In this document: one piece after another, positions 14,501-27,722 of the stretch
How the letters are laid out: each line of letters begins with the position of its first letter
Position numbering within the stretch: the first letter of the stretch is position 1
Assembly: GCA_964035545.1 (NCBI GenBank)
Contig: OZ037767.1
Span: 24,444,628 to 24,508,627, forward strand
DNA from: Bugula neritina
Taxonomy: Eukaryota > Animalia > Bryozoa
Length of the DNA stretch: 64,000 nucleotides
Direction of reading: 5' to 3'
Notes under the pieces: model-generated
Seen by the model: only the letters and a program-made list of their open reading frames with translations
What the model was told of the DNA's origin: nothing
The model's database searches: none
Position numbers and translations under genes: made by a program

Positions 14501-17319
14501 GGTCTAGCAGCTAGAGGGCTGGTCTAGTGTTCCCTAGAGCTTAGGTCATTGTATTGAAATCCCGGCAGGACCCCAGGTGATGTCAGCAAGAGCATCCAAT
14601 CATAGCTGCTCTCGTGTCACAGCATACACAGTTTTTGACCCACTTACAAACCCTTACCATCACCTTACCATATTGTAGCAAATCAGCAGATTAAGTATTC
14701 CACAACCAGTAGTTGAATGAATTCAGCTGCAACAACTAACTGGTACAAAAAATGAAACACTTTTTTAGCTTTACTTGCATCACTTGCTCAGAGTTACCTG
14801 CCAGCTGTTACCTGCTAGTGGTAACTTTACAGACTGCTACTGCTAATATAGTTAATAATTAATATAGACTAGGAAATAGTGACACAGACTTACCCAAGAT
14901 TTTGGTTTCGGTGAATTTGTAGTGCTGTTACCATTGACGCGTAAACATAGTCAGGCTGTGGTTCGGCAGCATACATACACTACAACATGTACATACACTA
15001 CAACATGTACATATACTACAACATGTACATATACTACAACATGTACATATACTACAACATGTACATACACCACAACATGTACATATACTACAACATGTAC
15101 ATATACTACAACATGTACATACACTACAACATGTACATACACTACAACATGTACATATACTACAACATGTACATATACTACAACATGTACATACACTACA
15201 ACATGTGCATGCAATTTAAAGTTTGTTGACATTATTGTTACAACAATGTATGAATCAATGTTAATAGCACATCAACCAATGTTGGTATCTTAAAAAAGGT
15301 TAGACATTCAACTCATCTAACACGGAGCTATGCACTCTTTAATATAAATAATGCCTCAATTATTCTACTTCCTGTGGATAGTTTTGCTGCCTTTTATCAC
15401 AAACTCACTACACAAGTATGTACATCACGTGCACATGTATTTAATGTAAGAACAATCATCCCATAAAACCAATACTGAATAGTTGACGTACCTCTACAGG
15501 GTAGCTTCTACCTTCCAAATATAAGACATCAGCCTGAAAGTACCTAGAGAAATGGTCGGCATCCATTGTGGCAGACATGATCACAATCTGTAACAGAATG
15601 TACAAACCAAGTCCTGAATATATTATAAAATATAGTAAAGGCAGTTTCTGTGGTAATTAATTGTTCAAAAGCTTTTAAAATGAGTTGTTAACACAGTAAC
15701 CCGAGTTAAATACCACGTGAAGCATATAATTACATAAAATCTTCAACTTTTGGCTGTTCACGTAAGCTACAAATGTAGAATCTACTGACAATAATGTAAA
15801 TTTCACTGAATCATGGGCCGCCTAGGTCTCAAATAAATCTGGAGTTATGTGTCCATATAACATAATAAAATGCTTGCGATGTAGGAAATAAAAAGTAGAT
15901 TGAGCAGAGTTTTATAAAGAAGGAAAACCTTTAATGGAAGACGCTGTTCAGCCTTTCTCATAGACTGTGCTCGCTTACAAATACCAAAGAGTACATCAGT
16001 ATGAAGGGTACGCTCATGCGCCTCGTCCAAAACCACAAAAGAGTACCTCCGCAGCATAGGGTCGAGCACTGACTCTCTCAGTAACATACCTAAAGACAGA
16101 GAAATATGCTGTACTGTCTTATCAACAACAAATATTGCACTACATTAGCAGGTTCGCAGTGATACTCAGCCATATTGGTTGGACTCACCATCCGTCATGT
16201 ATTTGATTTTAGTCTCTGGAGAAGTGCAGTCATCGAATCTCACACAATAACCAACCTATAGCAAAATTATCACATCAATGTAAGATATTTGAACAGACTA
16301 GAGAAGCACATATGGTGCTATTTTAGAAATTACAAAATTTTAGCTCAGAACTGAAACCAAACAATGATTCACAAAATCTTGTGTAAATTACAGCTACTTT
16401 CTTATCAGTTACAGGTATTACTGGTAAAACTCTAAAAACATAACTAGAACATGCTATCTTATAAATAATACATTGTAATAAACTTATCTATTGAAACTAC
16501 AATTACCCCATGTTTAGATGAAACAGCTCTATATACTTTGCCTACGAAATAGAGTTGCTAAAATGAACCGTTAAATTATTTTCAATGAAATATCGAATGC
16601 TAACTAACCAGTTTACCGAGCTCTGTGGTCATTTCCTGTGCAACTCTTGTTGCTATAGTAACAGCAGCCACTCGTCGAGGTTGTGTACAAGCAATAGCAT
16701 GTCCTCTATTGAGTCTTGCCTCAAAAATGAACTAAAATGTAACAAGTTCCTTGCAATGCAAGAATTTAAAATGCACAGCTACTGGTATTAAATGCAACAA
16801 TTCAAAAATTTAGGTGGATATTTCTAACTTTAGTTACACTATCTACGTGCTGATAATTTACAGTGAGTAACATATACCTGTTTAAAAAATTAACTACAGA
16901 AATTTGGGTTTAAAATACATAATTCATCGAATGACTACATACTGCCAGTTATTAAGATCTGTTAATATTTAAATATGCCAAAATGCACAGCATTTAACAA
17001 TTGTTTGAATGGTATGAAAGCAAGCATGCAGCGGTAGTGATATCTGACTTGGCGAAGAGAAAAGAAATGCCTACAATGATATATACTTCTTAAAATTTAG
17101 AAAAAAGCATTTGAACTGTGATGTCACCTGAAAGGTAATGAATAGCAAATTATTTTGGTCACTTCTACTTACTTGGGGCAATTGGGTGGTTTTCCCGCAA
17201 CCAGTTTCTCCAATCAGAATAGTGTTGGTGCGATTGTAAAGCTCTTTTGCTAACCTTTTACGGCACGAGTAAATCGGCAGCTTTCTTCGCTGATTCTCAA
17301 TATTGTTGGACATTTTCAT
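8508..17319 (-). CDS. DHX33: DEAH-box RNA helicase DHX33-like, complete, about 17 coding exons
   Basis: Spliced motifs: [171 protein letters not shown]. Stop at 8510-8508. Short N-terminus, TDVLFG and KAQAWQR favour DHX33 over DHX8/15/35. Confidence 0.88.
8803..9022 (-). repeat. 29-bp minisatellite made of DHX33 last-intron donor copies
   Basis: ACTTACCT at 8811, 8840, 8869, 8898, 8927, 8956 and 8985, in register with the true donor AATTACCT at 9014. Confidence 0.9.
9418..9522. repeat. Imperfect (GTA/GCA)n trinucleotide tract, intronic
   Basis: Direct reading; lies just past the GTGAGT donor near 9530 and produces a spurious poly-Thr ORF. Confidence 0.85.
13790..14048. repeat. 22-bp minisatellite with higher-order structure, DHX33 intron
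   Basis: Unit (G)TGTGAGACAGAGTAATACTCA with variants recurring in the same order; about 11-12 copies. Confidence 0.88.
14489..14660 (+). mobile_element. tRNA-derived SINE, copy 2 (diverged)
   Basis: GCAGCCGTGGTCTAG head and GGTGATGTCAGCAAGAGCATCCAATCATA core align to the other copies. Confidence 0.75.
14973..15206 (-). repeat. 18-bp minisatellite (13 copies) whose unit contains a DHX33 splice acceptor
   Basis: Minus-strand unit CATGTTGTAG|T(G/A)TATGTA. The last copy (AG at 14981-14980) opens the exon [12 protein letters not shown]. Confidence 0.9.
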
Positions 17320-18309
17320 TTCTCTGTTTAGTTTCACCTGCATTTATTTAGCAAGAAATAAAATAGTAATACTTACAACCAACGCTATTTCATCAAAACT
17401 CAGAATTTAAGCAGTTCACACAGACTAGGAGAGCTGTAACCGAAACTTAAGATTTAAAAATAACAACTTGATGATTTAAACATTTCTGTAGATTATAGTA
17501 ATTGGTAACAGAAATAGTAAACATCGATTTATAATTCTAGATAACTTACAATAAATGCAATCTTAATATTAATTTTAGTCTCAGCATGCTCAAAATATTG
17601 TAAGTCATAACAGCTCCATTTATATTCCCAATTTATACATTAACTTTCAAAATTTTCAATCATATTCACATTGATGTTAAGATTGCATTACTATTTCTTC
17701 CCACAATTACATTATAAGAACAATGGTAAATGTGATTGAACCTGGGTATTGAATGTAACTAAAACTTTGAAATTTTTATAGACAAAAAAAACATGCTATT
17801 GTTATATTTAAAGCTTACTTGCCTAACCATAATGCCAATAAGAATGGCAAAATGAAAATAGTTATTGCTCACAAAATTAAAGTAAAAACTAATAAATATC
17901 ATTTCCAGCGTGAAGAGTAGGCTACAAATCAGACTGAAAATAACATCACAAATTATTAGCAGTTGAAGGGATAGTCTTGAACCAATAAAAAAAAGTTGAA
18001 TCTTGGTCAATGAATTAGTAGTAGTATTACATCACATTAAATTTAATTCAACTCAATCTTTGCCAACATAGTATTTATAAACTGTAAAAATACACTCCAC
18101 CATTACTATAGCATATAATAGTGTTGCCTTCATCGTCATGCAAAGTAAATTAAATTAGTGCCAAGCTTTCCAATGATAAAATAAAGTGCAAGATGGTCTA
18201 AGATTTCTATGTAGAAACTAAAGCACTAATAATAATATTATTATTAATATTAATTTTAAACCCAAATGTAGAGAAGTTTAAAAACTAAATTTGGTCAGTT
18301 CATATATAA

Positions 18310-18720
18310 CTATAACTAATAAGTAATAGTATTTCTATTAGTATTAGTATATTAACTAAGTTTAACTATAGTAATAATAATTATAATAATATAAATATCA
18401 GTTTACAATAATAATAATTAATAATAATTATTTTGATTATTACAATAATAATTATTATTAAATTTAATTATATTTATATAAAATTTTAAGAAAAGATTCC
18501 AACTATTGGTATTACTATTAGTATTAGTATTACTATTACTAGTATTAGTATTACACTATTAGACTTAGTATTACTATTACTATTAGTATTACTATTACTA
18601 TTAGTATTAGTATTACTATTACTAATAGTAATACTAATACTAATAGTAATAGTATTAGTATTAGTATTACTCAATTACTATTACTATTAGTATTAGTATT
18701 ACTATGAAGTATGAACTAAA
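18310..18720. repeat. Degenerate TAGTAT/TACTAT hexamer tract in putative first intron of DHX33
   Basis: Direct reading; similar tracts at 6080-6690, 39095-39780 and 58265-58660. Confidence 0.8.
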
Positions 18721-20115
18721 TAAATAATAAGTTGAAGGTAGATTAGTACAATATGCTAGTGAAACATTCATTGCCATTGTCGCTGTGGCTGTTGTAGCTA
18801 CACCATTGAGTCTGAAATTAAATATAATTATAATAACAAGAATTCGGTAAGCAATACCCGTACTGATATTGTCATGCCCAAAATTAAACTTGACCTAATG
18901 AAAATAACCACAACGCCAAGATTGATTTAATTTGACGGCTCATACAGTATAGCCCCGACTAGTCCGTTTTAGCTAGACTTTCTTGGCAAAGCATGGAATC
19001 ATTACTTTTATGAAGGAGACAACTCTATATGTGTAGCCGTGTAGGACTTGTAGGCCATATTAAAATGTTCAAATATTTTCGCCATTATGGTATAAGGGAA
19101 CTACACCAAACCAGCTGAGGTGTCCGTGTTGTAGTTATTGCTCATCCTTGTACCAGATACCATAAAATCTGGCATAAAACACGGAGGCTCTGAACAGATA
19201 GATGTCCACAGCTGGGTCTGAGCTGTTACTCAGTCTAAGGGAGCTTCTAGAATATTTTATATGCATTTCAATTGTTATATAAAGAATATCTGTTGAATTA
19301 TACTTTTTATTGTGTGCAAGGTAAATTTTTGTGGCACCCATTTTAATTACTTGTAATAAATCATTAGCACTTGTAACATTCTACAATACTTATCAAATTC
19401 AACATTATAATAATATTTCATCAAAACAAGGATATAAAAACATCTGTCAGATTAATTTGGATAAGATAAAAGCAGTTTTCACTGGCATAGTGCAGATCCT
19501 TAACAGTAAAAGTGCACATACAAACTTACATGTGTGAAGCTATATTCAGAATAATATTTCAAATAAATTTTTCAGGACATTTACAATAAGTTATCTGCAA
19601 ACCATATAATGGACATATTTAAACTTGCTACAAGAGCACTCTAAGCTATATAATGTGTAGTGAAAATGTAGAAATTTCCATGCAGGTTTTTTATTTAGCA
19701 TCAATGTGCAGGTTCTAAGCTGCACATAAAAACTATATAGGCAGTGTAAAATCTGCCCAATCACTGTATAACTTATACCGATTGTGCAACTATAAAGTCT
19801 TATATAAGCTAACAAACATATTTCAGTTTAAATGTGTTTGTTTTTGACTCATTTTCAGTCTTGTTCTTAGTTATAAATATGACCATATCTTTAACCTAGT
19901 CAACTACTTCTTCTGTATGTTTTGGTGAACAGAAACTTGAAATATAATCAAAGCTGGTTTATTCATCCAATTTGATTTAATCGTCCACTGCCACTTTGTA
20001 TGAAAACACCTTTCTCATGCAGTTCTAGTTTCAATTAATATGCGATCTACAGTTATTATCCTTAGGAAGGCTAGCGAAAAAACTGCCTCCACTGCTTTAT
20101 CTTGTGAACTTGTAG

Positions 20116-20535
<420 letters not shown>

Positions 20536-21136
20536 GAAGATTGGTTACATCTAAAAACAAGCTTCAAATTAAATTACTGCAAGTTCTGCAGATATGATGG
20601 ATTTTATAAACTTATGTCCTTGACTTAGCCGAAAGGATATGAGCCTCCACTCTCTGAATATCTTCTTTGCTCACACAGATCTTAGGCACAAATGACTTTT
20701 GTTTATAGTTGAGAGTAGTTTTATTTTCATGCTTTATTAATAAGATGCATTAGTAAAACAGTAATTAAATTTGAAAATAATTCATTCCATATGATATAAA
20801 TTTTAGATATAACAGATCACAAGATATACTATAATTATGCACTACACTTTATATATAATATTATTAGCTAGATTTGTTTTGTACTAAAAATTTAATATCC
20901 AACAAAATAGTAACAACTTTGATTTATGATTAAGTTTTAACAGAAACAATAAGCAGGTTAAACTGGCTTAACCTATTATTACAATGAGAAAACAGAATAT
21001 CCATGCTATCTTTTAATAGAAATCAACAACACAGTGATTATATAATACAAATATCATGTATAACAACAGCGAGTACACTAGAGTAACTGCAATTTGACTT
21101 TATCAATGTTTGAGTACTTTATTTTAATAAACTATG

Positions 21137-23302
21137 TTATTTTTTGAACAGTTTTCTGCCAAAATTGGTGTTGGGAAACCCGTTATTGGAAAAGCCTGAG
21201 TGACCAAAGATTTTGTCATCTGATGCAGTAAAGAAATTGTCGTTCAGACCGTGAAAATTCTGGCCAAGTCTGAATCGGTCATCTCTAACAGCACCAACAC
21301 CAAGTTGGTCTTGGGCCAATATCTCATGGTCATTTTCAGCGTCTAAATGGTTATGGTGCTCAGCCAGGATATCATTGTTCTGTAAGAGAATGTTGACTTT
21401 TAAAATCATGAAACGCACATATGACACGCATACATATAATATAAATACCCAAACAACATGCATACATATAGCATTCATGCATGTAACACACAAACATATA
21501 ACCATATAACATAGAGGTGCATAATAATTCAATAAGTATTAAATAGTTTGAAATAGATCTAATATAAAAGTGAATAATATATTTATACTTTTAAAAACAT
21601 TGTTATTAGTATTTTGCTTTGAAGACCTGCATAAACTTCCTTTACCAATGAGTTGTGACAGCATGCAATTACCAAACCAATGATGTGTTGAATTACTTTA
21701 ACAGGAAACATAAAATGGGATTAGGTTTGTACTGCATAGTTTAAATAACACGCTAAGCTCTGTGACACATAGCATTGTTATAATGATCTATGATAATGTA
21801 GATGAAAAGTATATTCCATACAGAAATGAGCTGGCAAAGGAATTCTAAGTGAAAGTTGGCTTTTGGCTTTTGATCTCAAGCAATAAGTTGGCCAGGGATC
21901 AATTCATTATTCATAGAATTAGTTTCTTTTAAAATCTTAAGATTCCGTGAAATTGAAAAAACATGATTTATAGACTAGAGTTAGTGTGGCATGACATTGC
22001 AATTACAGTATTATAATACTATAATGGCTCTAATAGCATAAGAATCATTGAGACTTACGGCTGCAACTTTGGCACCAGAGTTGAGGTTCACACCATGATT
22101 CTTTCGGAGAGCAAAGTTTTCTGAATGAGCTTGTTCTGCGTTAATAGCCACCTCTAGAAATAATTAATTGTAACATAAAGTATGTAGTTAAACAATATTT
22201 ATTAAGGCTAAATCTCTACCAATTTTTCGTGAGAATTAATTTCAACATGATTGTTTTATTAAGAAGTGTTTTTAAAGTTCTGAATTTTATGCTGTCATAT
22301 TTGTTGCATATTAGGATAATGTAATTCACCATGATTAGACTACTAGTATGAACAAATAAAAAGAATTGCTAGTAATTATATATTGTGAATGAGTATGTAA
22401 AAGAGTAATATTTGTTGGTTATTCTATTTATAGTAACTTCCTAATGCAATTGCGGTTTCAATACCCTTTTCTGTATATGAAGATAATATACTCTATGAAA
22501 CAAATTGTACTCACGAAACTTGTTGTGATGCTTCTTATTATATTGAACATCTAGGTTATCATGTAGCTGTTTGTTATTGAAATGTGCTGCATTGACATTA
22601 TTTCTCTGACCAAATCTACCGCCATTACTCAATCTGACCCTTTGATTTCCTCTTGCTTTCTTCAATCTTCTGGCGTCTAATATCTATAAAATAAGAAGTT
22701 ACATGTTCTACATTAGCTTATAATATAATATAATATAATATAATATAATATAATATAATATGATATAATATAATATGATATAATATAATATGATATAATA
22801 TAATATAATATAATATAATATAATATAATATAATATATTATATTATAATATAATATAATATAATATGCTTTAAGTATTTTATATTTTTATTTATTTTTCA
22901 TAAAGTGCTGACAGCACTAGGTTGCTTGGAACTATTAAAAACTTTTATAGCTCAACTGCATGCACGTCTGAATAAAATGTTTACAGCTGAACAGATAGTT
23001 AATTAGACTATAGCCCAATACCGGGATACAGTTTACATGATCATTCATTCCAACAAAAAACTTTACATCCACATATTCACTTGTTTGAATAATGATAAGT
23101 TTAGTCTTACTGCTTGTCTTCGTTGAAGGTCATCAAGGTTAGCTCTGTTATTGAGACCAGCCCGCTGACCTCCTTGCACCAGTCTTTGTGATCTCGTACC
23201 ACCGCCAATTCCAGCACCTCTGACACCAAAGCTTTGACCATCACAGCACCATATTGTTACTATTACTATCACAGCTAGCACTTTTAAGAAGTGTGTATAC
23301 AT
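21137..23302 (-). CDS. Secreted low-complexity Gly/Asn/Arg/His-rich protein, ~232 aa, 4 coding exons, family not recognised
   Basis: Exons 23302-23111, 22683-22515, 22153-22059 and 21379-21137 join with canonical GT-AG sites in consistent phases (0,1,0). N-terminus MYTHFLKVLAVIVIVTIWCCDG is a typical signal peptide. AATAAA follows shortly after the stop. Confidence 0.85.
22719..22866. repeat. (TATAA)n pentanucleotide microsatellite, intronic
   Basis: Direct reading. Confidence 0.95.
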
Positions 23303-23562
23303 TCTACAACACAAGTAATTTTTACAACAAAACTTTTACAATAATTAAAAGAGAGTTGAAGTAAGTATAAATATATCGATAAAGATATTGTTTGAAACTG
23401 TAAAAGCAAAACATTAAATCTGTTATTCAACAGTAAAAATTTGTAAATGTAATAAATTTGAATTCGTGGTTACTTCTTTTAATACCAAAATTAAGACAGG
23501 CTTTATAACCCAAAACACTTTATATTTTCTAATAAACCAAACCAGCTAATGAATTTTCTTAC

Positions 23563-23940
23563 TTTGTTATGATTGTATGTAGTATTACAGATTATAAAAA
23601 TGAAACTTTGAAGAGCTGTATTTTAATATAAGTAGATTATAACACTGTGTCTTGCTTGATGTGTTAACAACTTCTGCTCTACGTCGCTACAACCCCTGCT
23701 TATATACGAGTGACTTAGTCAATAATCTTTTCACATGACAGGATTAAGAGCTCTGCTAACACATGGTCAGACAAACACTGACTTCCTGTCTATAGTAGTC
23801 ATGGCAACCGGGTCGACTCTACAGTTCGGAAGTTCTAGGATTGGGTAGATGACCAGAACTGATGTCACATTTGTGAATAAGAACTGTGAGAGTATTGTAT
23901 ATGCACTACCTGACTTAGATTTAATCCCTTCCAGGAATTA
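23563..23940 (-). promoter_or_regulatory. TATA promoter and non-coding exon 1 of the secreted-protein gene
   Basis: TATATAA on minus strand at 23706-23700; donor AAA|GTAAGA near 23562; upstream motif matches include a STAT-type TTCCAGGAA (23929-23937) and ETS-type ACTTCCTG. Confidence 0.6.
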
Positions 23941-24757
23941 ATGTCTGAAATACTACAAAAACTGATATCCTTAAAGAATTCACTGTACTTCCTTGTTTAA
24001 TTTTGTCTAGCAATGCTATATACATCATTTACTGCATTTGATATAATATTATACAAACATTCATTATAAGTGCAAAAGGTGTATTGCATTTTATTTAACA
24101 TATAACGGAGATATTATATACACTATATTTAATATATTCTACACTATATAATATGATATATTTTACATTATATTACATAATATAAATTCTACATCATATA
24201 ATGTGCTTAACATATTATTATAATTTTTTATTTTGGAAGTTTTTCAATGCATCAACTTTTAAAATTTTTTATATGTTAAAAACTAATTAGCTAGGGTAGA
24301 ATTGTATAAAATCTCCATTATATTTTTGTGTGTTTTATTTTTTTGATGGAATGCAAGCAACACTGCCATACAATTATGATTTGATGTAAAGGATATTTGA
24401 GGTGCAAAAATACCTAAGAAGTTTCTAAAATTAGCACACATGCCAAAGTAAAATGTAATATAATCTCAAAATTCCGCTAAAACTTTGCATAAGATAAACT
24501 ATAATTATAACTTTGCATAAATAAGGGCACCAGCTATCTTTTAACTCACAAGTGGAGTCTTACTTGTTATTATTGGATAGATGACTAACCCTTTGTTAGA
24601 AAACTTTGTAGAATTGAAATTTTCAAGCTTAGATCAAGTGCTTCATGATTTAAAACTCAAATGGCATTATCTGTACAATGTAGAAATTATTGTAATATGT
24701 TTTTAGTTTCAACATATCTAAATTACAGTTCTAATTACTGTTCTAATTACAGTTCTA

Positions 24758-24980
24758 GGGAGCAGCCGTGGTCTAGGGGTTAGAGCGTTTGCCTAGTAAA
24801 CACAAGGTCATGGGTTCGAACCAGGACAAAGGCCATTGGTGATGTTAGGAAAAGCATCCAGTCATAATTGCTCCTGTGCCTCATTTAGAAAGTCCTTAGC
24901 CCGCTTTAACAAAAACCCTTTCTATCAGGGGTTTCTCACAGAGATAGTGACTATAAACTTGCGCGAGTTTTTTATATTTA
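24758..24980 (+). mobile_element. tRNA-derived SINE, copy 3, with target-site duplication
   Basis: Full head and body; AATTACAGTTCTA occurs on both sides. Confidence 0.92.
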
Positions 24981-26371
24981 AATTACAGTTCTATTCTGGG
25001 TTTTAGCTAAGGGATGGTTCTATCAATCAGCAATGTTATCCATTTTTAAGTGCTCATGTGATTGTATTACCTCACAGTCATTACAGGTATAATACTATTA
25101 TGGTAATTATTTCAAAATCGGATTTTCATGCTTTTTATATGAATCACTCAATAAAAGTTGCTGATCAAGTGCAGGAAATAAATTACTAACGAGAATCTTG
25201 GAAAATACTGTAACAGGTTGATCTATTTTGGTTCATTGTAAGCTTATCATATTTTATTCAAAAATTTACACTCTTGTAATCTTATCATGACATCAGCTCA
25301 AAAATATAGCTGCTGCAAAGCATAATTTTTAGGTAAAGATTTTGTACCATGGATATTCAAGTTTTGTAGAAAACAAGATTGTTTAGTATCTTATTAAACT
25401 ACTATATATAATGGAATGACAATGTATTGTAAATATCATAATGTACTGTGATAATAAAAGACAGCTATAAGCTGTAAAATGCTACAAGGTATACTGTATT
25501 TTCTAATTGATATCATGCTTACAGAATTATAAGTTTTTGGTAATTAATTCACAGAACTAGACTTTTGAGAGATTAATAAATTTACAAAGTAGAGAATTAA
25601 AAAGGGTAATTGACAACGGTACATGTCTGCCAGCAACCATTTATACACTTCACTATTTCTCAAAGTTTATGGTTACAAGCCACTAATTTTTTTCTAGAAT
25701 GTTCTACTCTGTACCACTTGCAGTTTTCCTAAACAAGGATGTTCTTGTAGCTATTTGTGGATAGTGACATAAATTATATTTTCAACCAACATAATCTCAC
25801 AGATTAGTTGGTTAAGCCACAGCTTTAAAAGTAACATAATGCTGAGAAATAGGCACCAAATTGTGCTTAGGTCACTAAAAATGCTCAACTTTTCCTGAAA
25901 ACAGAGCTACTTGACATTTTTATGGTATTGCTGCACGAGTCTTGTGGTTAACTCGTGATAGAGAGGGATTATCAGCCATAATCTTTTCAAGGTGGGGATT
26001 TCGTGTTGCCCAGTTGGTTACAACAGTTATTTACAAATACATTGATATGTTACTGATATTGAAAGAGCACAGAATATATTAATACACAGTCTTATTATCC
26101 CAAACATTTTATCGGTTCTCTAGCTGGTGATAAAACATATAAAGGGTGAAGCAAGTATCCTGCAGCACTTATCACGTGGTGACGTTCAAGATAAACAGTG
26201 AAACTATTTTATCAGTTTTGACATTGAATGCTTTTAATAAATATGAAACTGCCTGTTAATATTTCTATCATTAGATTGCTGTCCAAAGTATGTTTATTAT
26301 GATTTACTTTATACTACCAAGTAACCCATGGCTTATGCAATCTGTATATTCATTACCGTTGAGAATACATA

Positions 26372-26637
26372 CCAGAACTATAATATATACTAGAACTATA
26401 TATACTAAAACTATATATGCTAGAACTATATATACTAGAACTATATATACTAAAACTATATTCTGTACTAAAACTATATATACTAGAACTATATATACTA
26501 GAACTATATATACTAAAACTATATTCTGTACTAAAACTATATATACTAGAACTATATATACTAGAACTATATATACTAGAACTATATATACTAGAATAAT
26601 ATTATATACTAAAACTATATATACTAGAACTATATAC
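26372..26637. repeat. 15-bp minisatellite TATATACTA(G/A)AACTA with 18-bp variants
   Basis: Direct reading; produces the spurious TIYTR, ILELY and IVLVY ORFs. Confidence 0.93.
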
Positions 26638-27654
26638 AATATACAGCTAAATTCTGATAAAGCTTTGTTTCTCTTCATTTAACTATAAATTTACAGAAAA
26701 TATTTTATTTACTCCAAAAGTGCCGTGTACATAGGGCTTTTCCGAAACATTAGCTTTAATACGACATTTAAGAATCAATATCAAAACTCTTTTTGTAAAT
26801 TACAGCACGCAGATTTTATTTTTCTGTAGAACTTTGCTACTATTTATAACGGCAGGAACACAATGACTGCTCAAGTCTTGCTTGTATTTAATCAAACTAA
26901 TATTTTGATTAAATACATGTATAAAATATATAGATCATAGGTGTAATGTTGTAGTTTAACAGCAGCTAATAACCTGTGAAGTATTTGTTACAGTTATAAA
27001 TATACACTTCACTAATTTCAGTAGCGTGTGCCAAGTTAGCTATAGCAAATGTAACTCATCAGCTATAATCTTCGAACTTCTATTTGGAGATATTTGGAAT
27101 ATTTCCTCTAAGTGGCCTAATAAAGTTTCACCTATGCATGAAATCTAGTAAAGCGTTAAGGATTAAGCTCTCTATAGATGATTAACGTTAGCTAAGAATT
27201 CCCATATAAAAATATCTAATTCATTACTCATGAATATAATATATTGTTAAACATCGTTTGAAGAGATTGGCAGAGTGCCAATCTCTTTGAAAAATAGAAA
27301 TCTTGTTTGTTGGCTAAATTGTGAAACAGGCAGTTATATTGAGACATACACCATTAGCAATATATTAATTTGAGTAGAAACTTTTACATAGGTAATAAGG
27401 CAAAGCTTTTGTAACATCCTCACCTATATCTGTTTGTCAAGTTCAAGTAGCAGGAAAGTTTTTGTAACATGACATAGTATAATATAGATAGTAGTTACTA
27501 GCAAATGCATTTTGTGTCACCTTAAAGCTTTTTATTACTATTAGTTATTAGTTAGCATGATCTCTAGCTTGCCCCACTCAGTATATTTGAAGCCACATGT
27601 TTTGTTACAACTTTGAAATTTTATTAAAAGTTCAACTGTAAAATAGTTACTCCC

Positions 27655-27722
27655 ACTTGAAATCAACCGCAGTCCTCTAACTAGCACGCCAGAGTGCTAC
27701 CCATTACACTGTAGAGGCTACT
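27655..27722 (-). mobile_element. Decayed tRNA-like head, possibly a second SINE family
   Basis: Minus strand GCCTCTACAGTGTAATGGGTAGCACTCTGG...GCGGTTGATTTC has A-box and B-box remnants at tRNA-like spacing; cloverleaf not intact. Confidence 0.35.
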
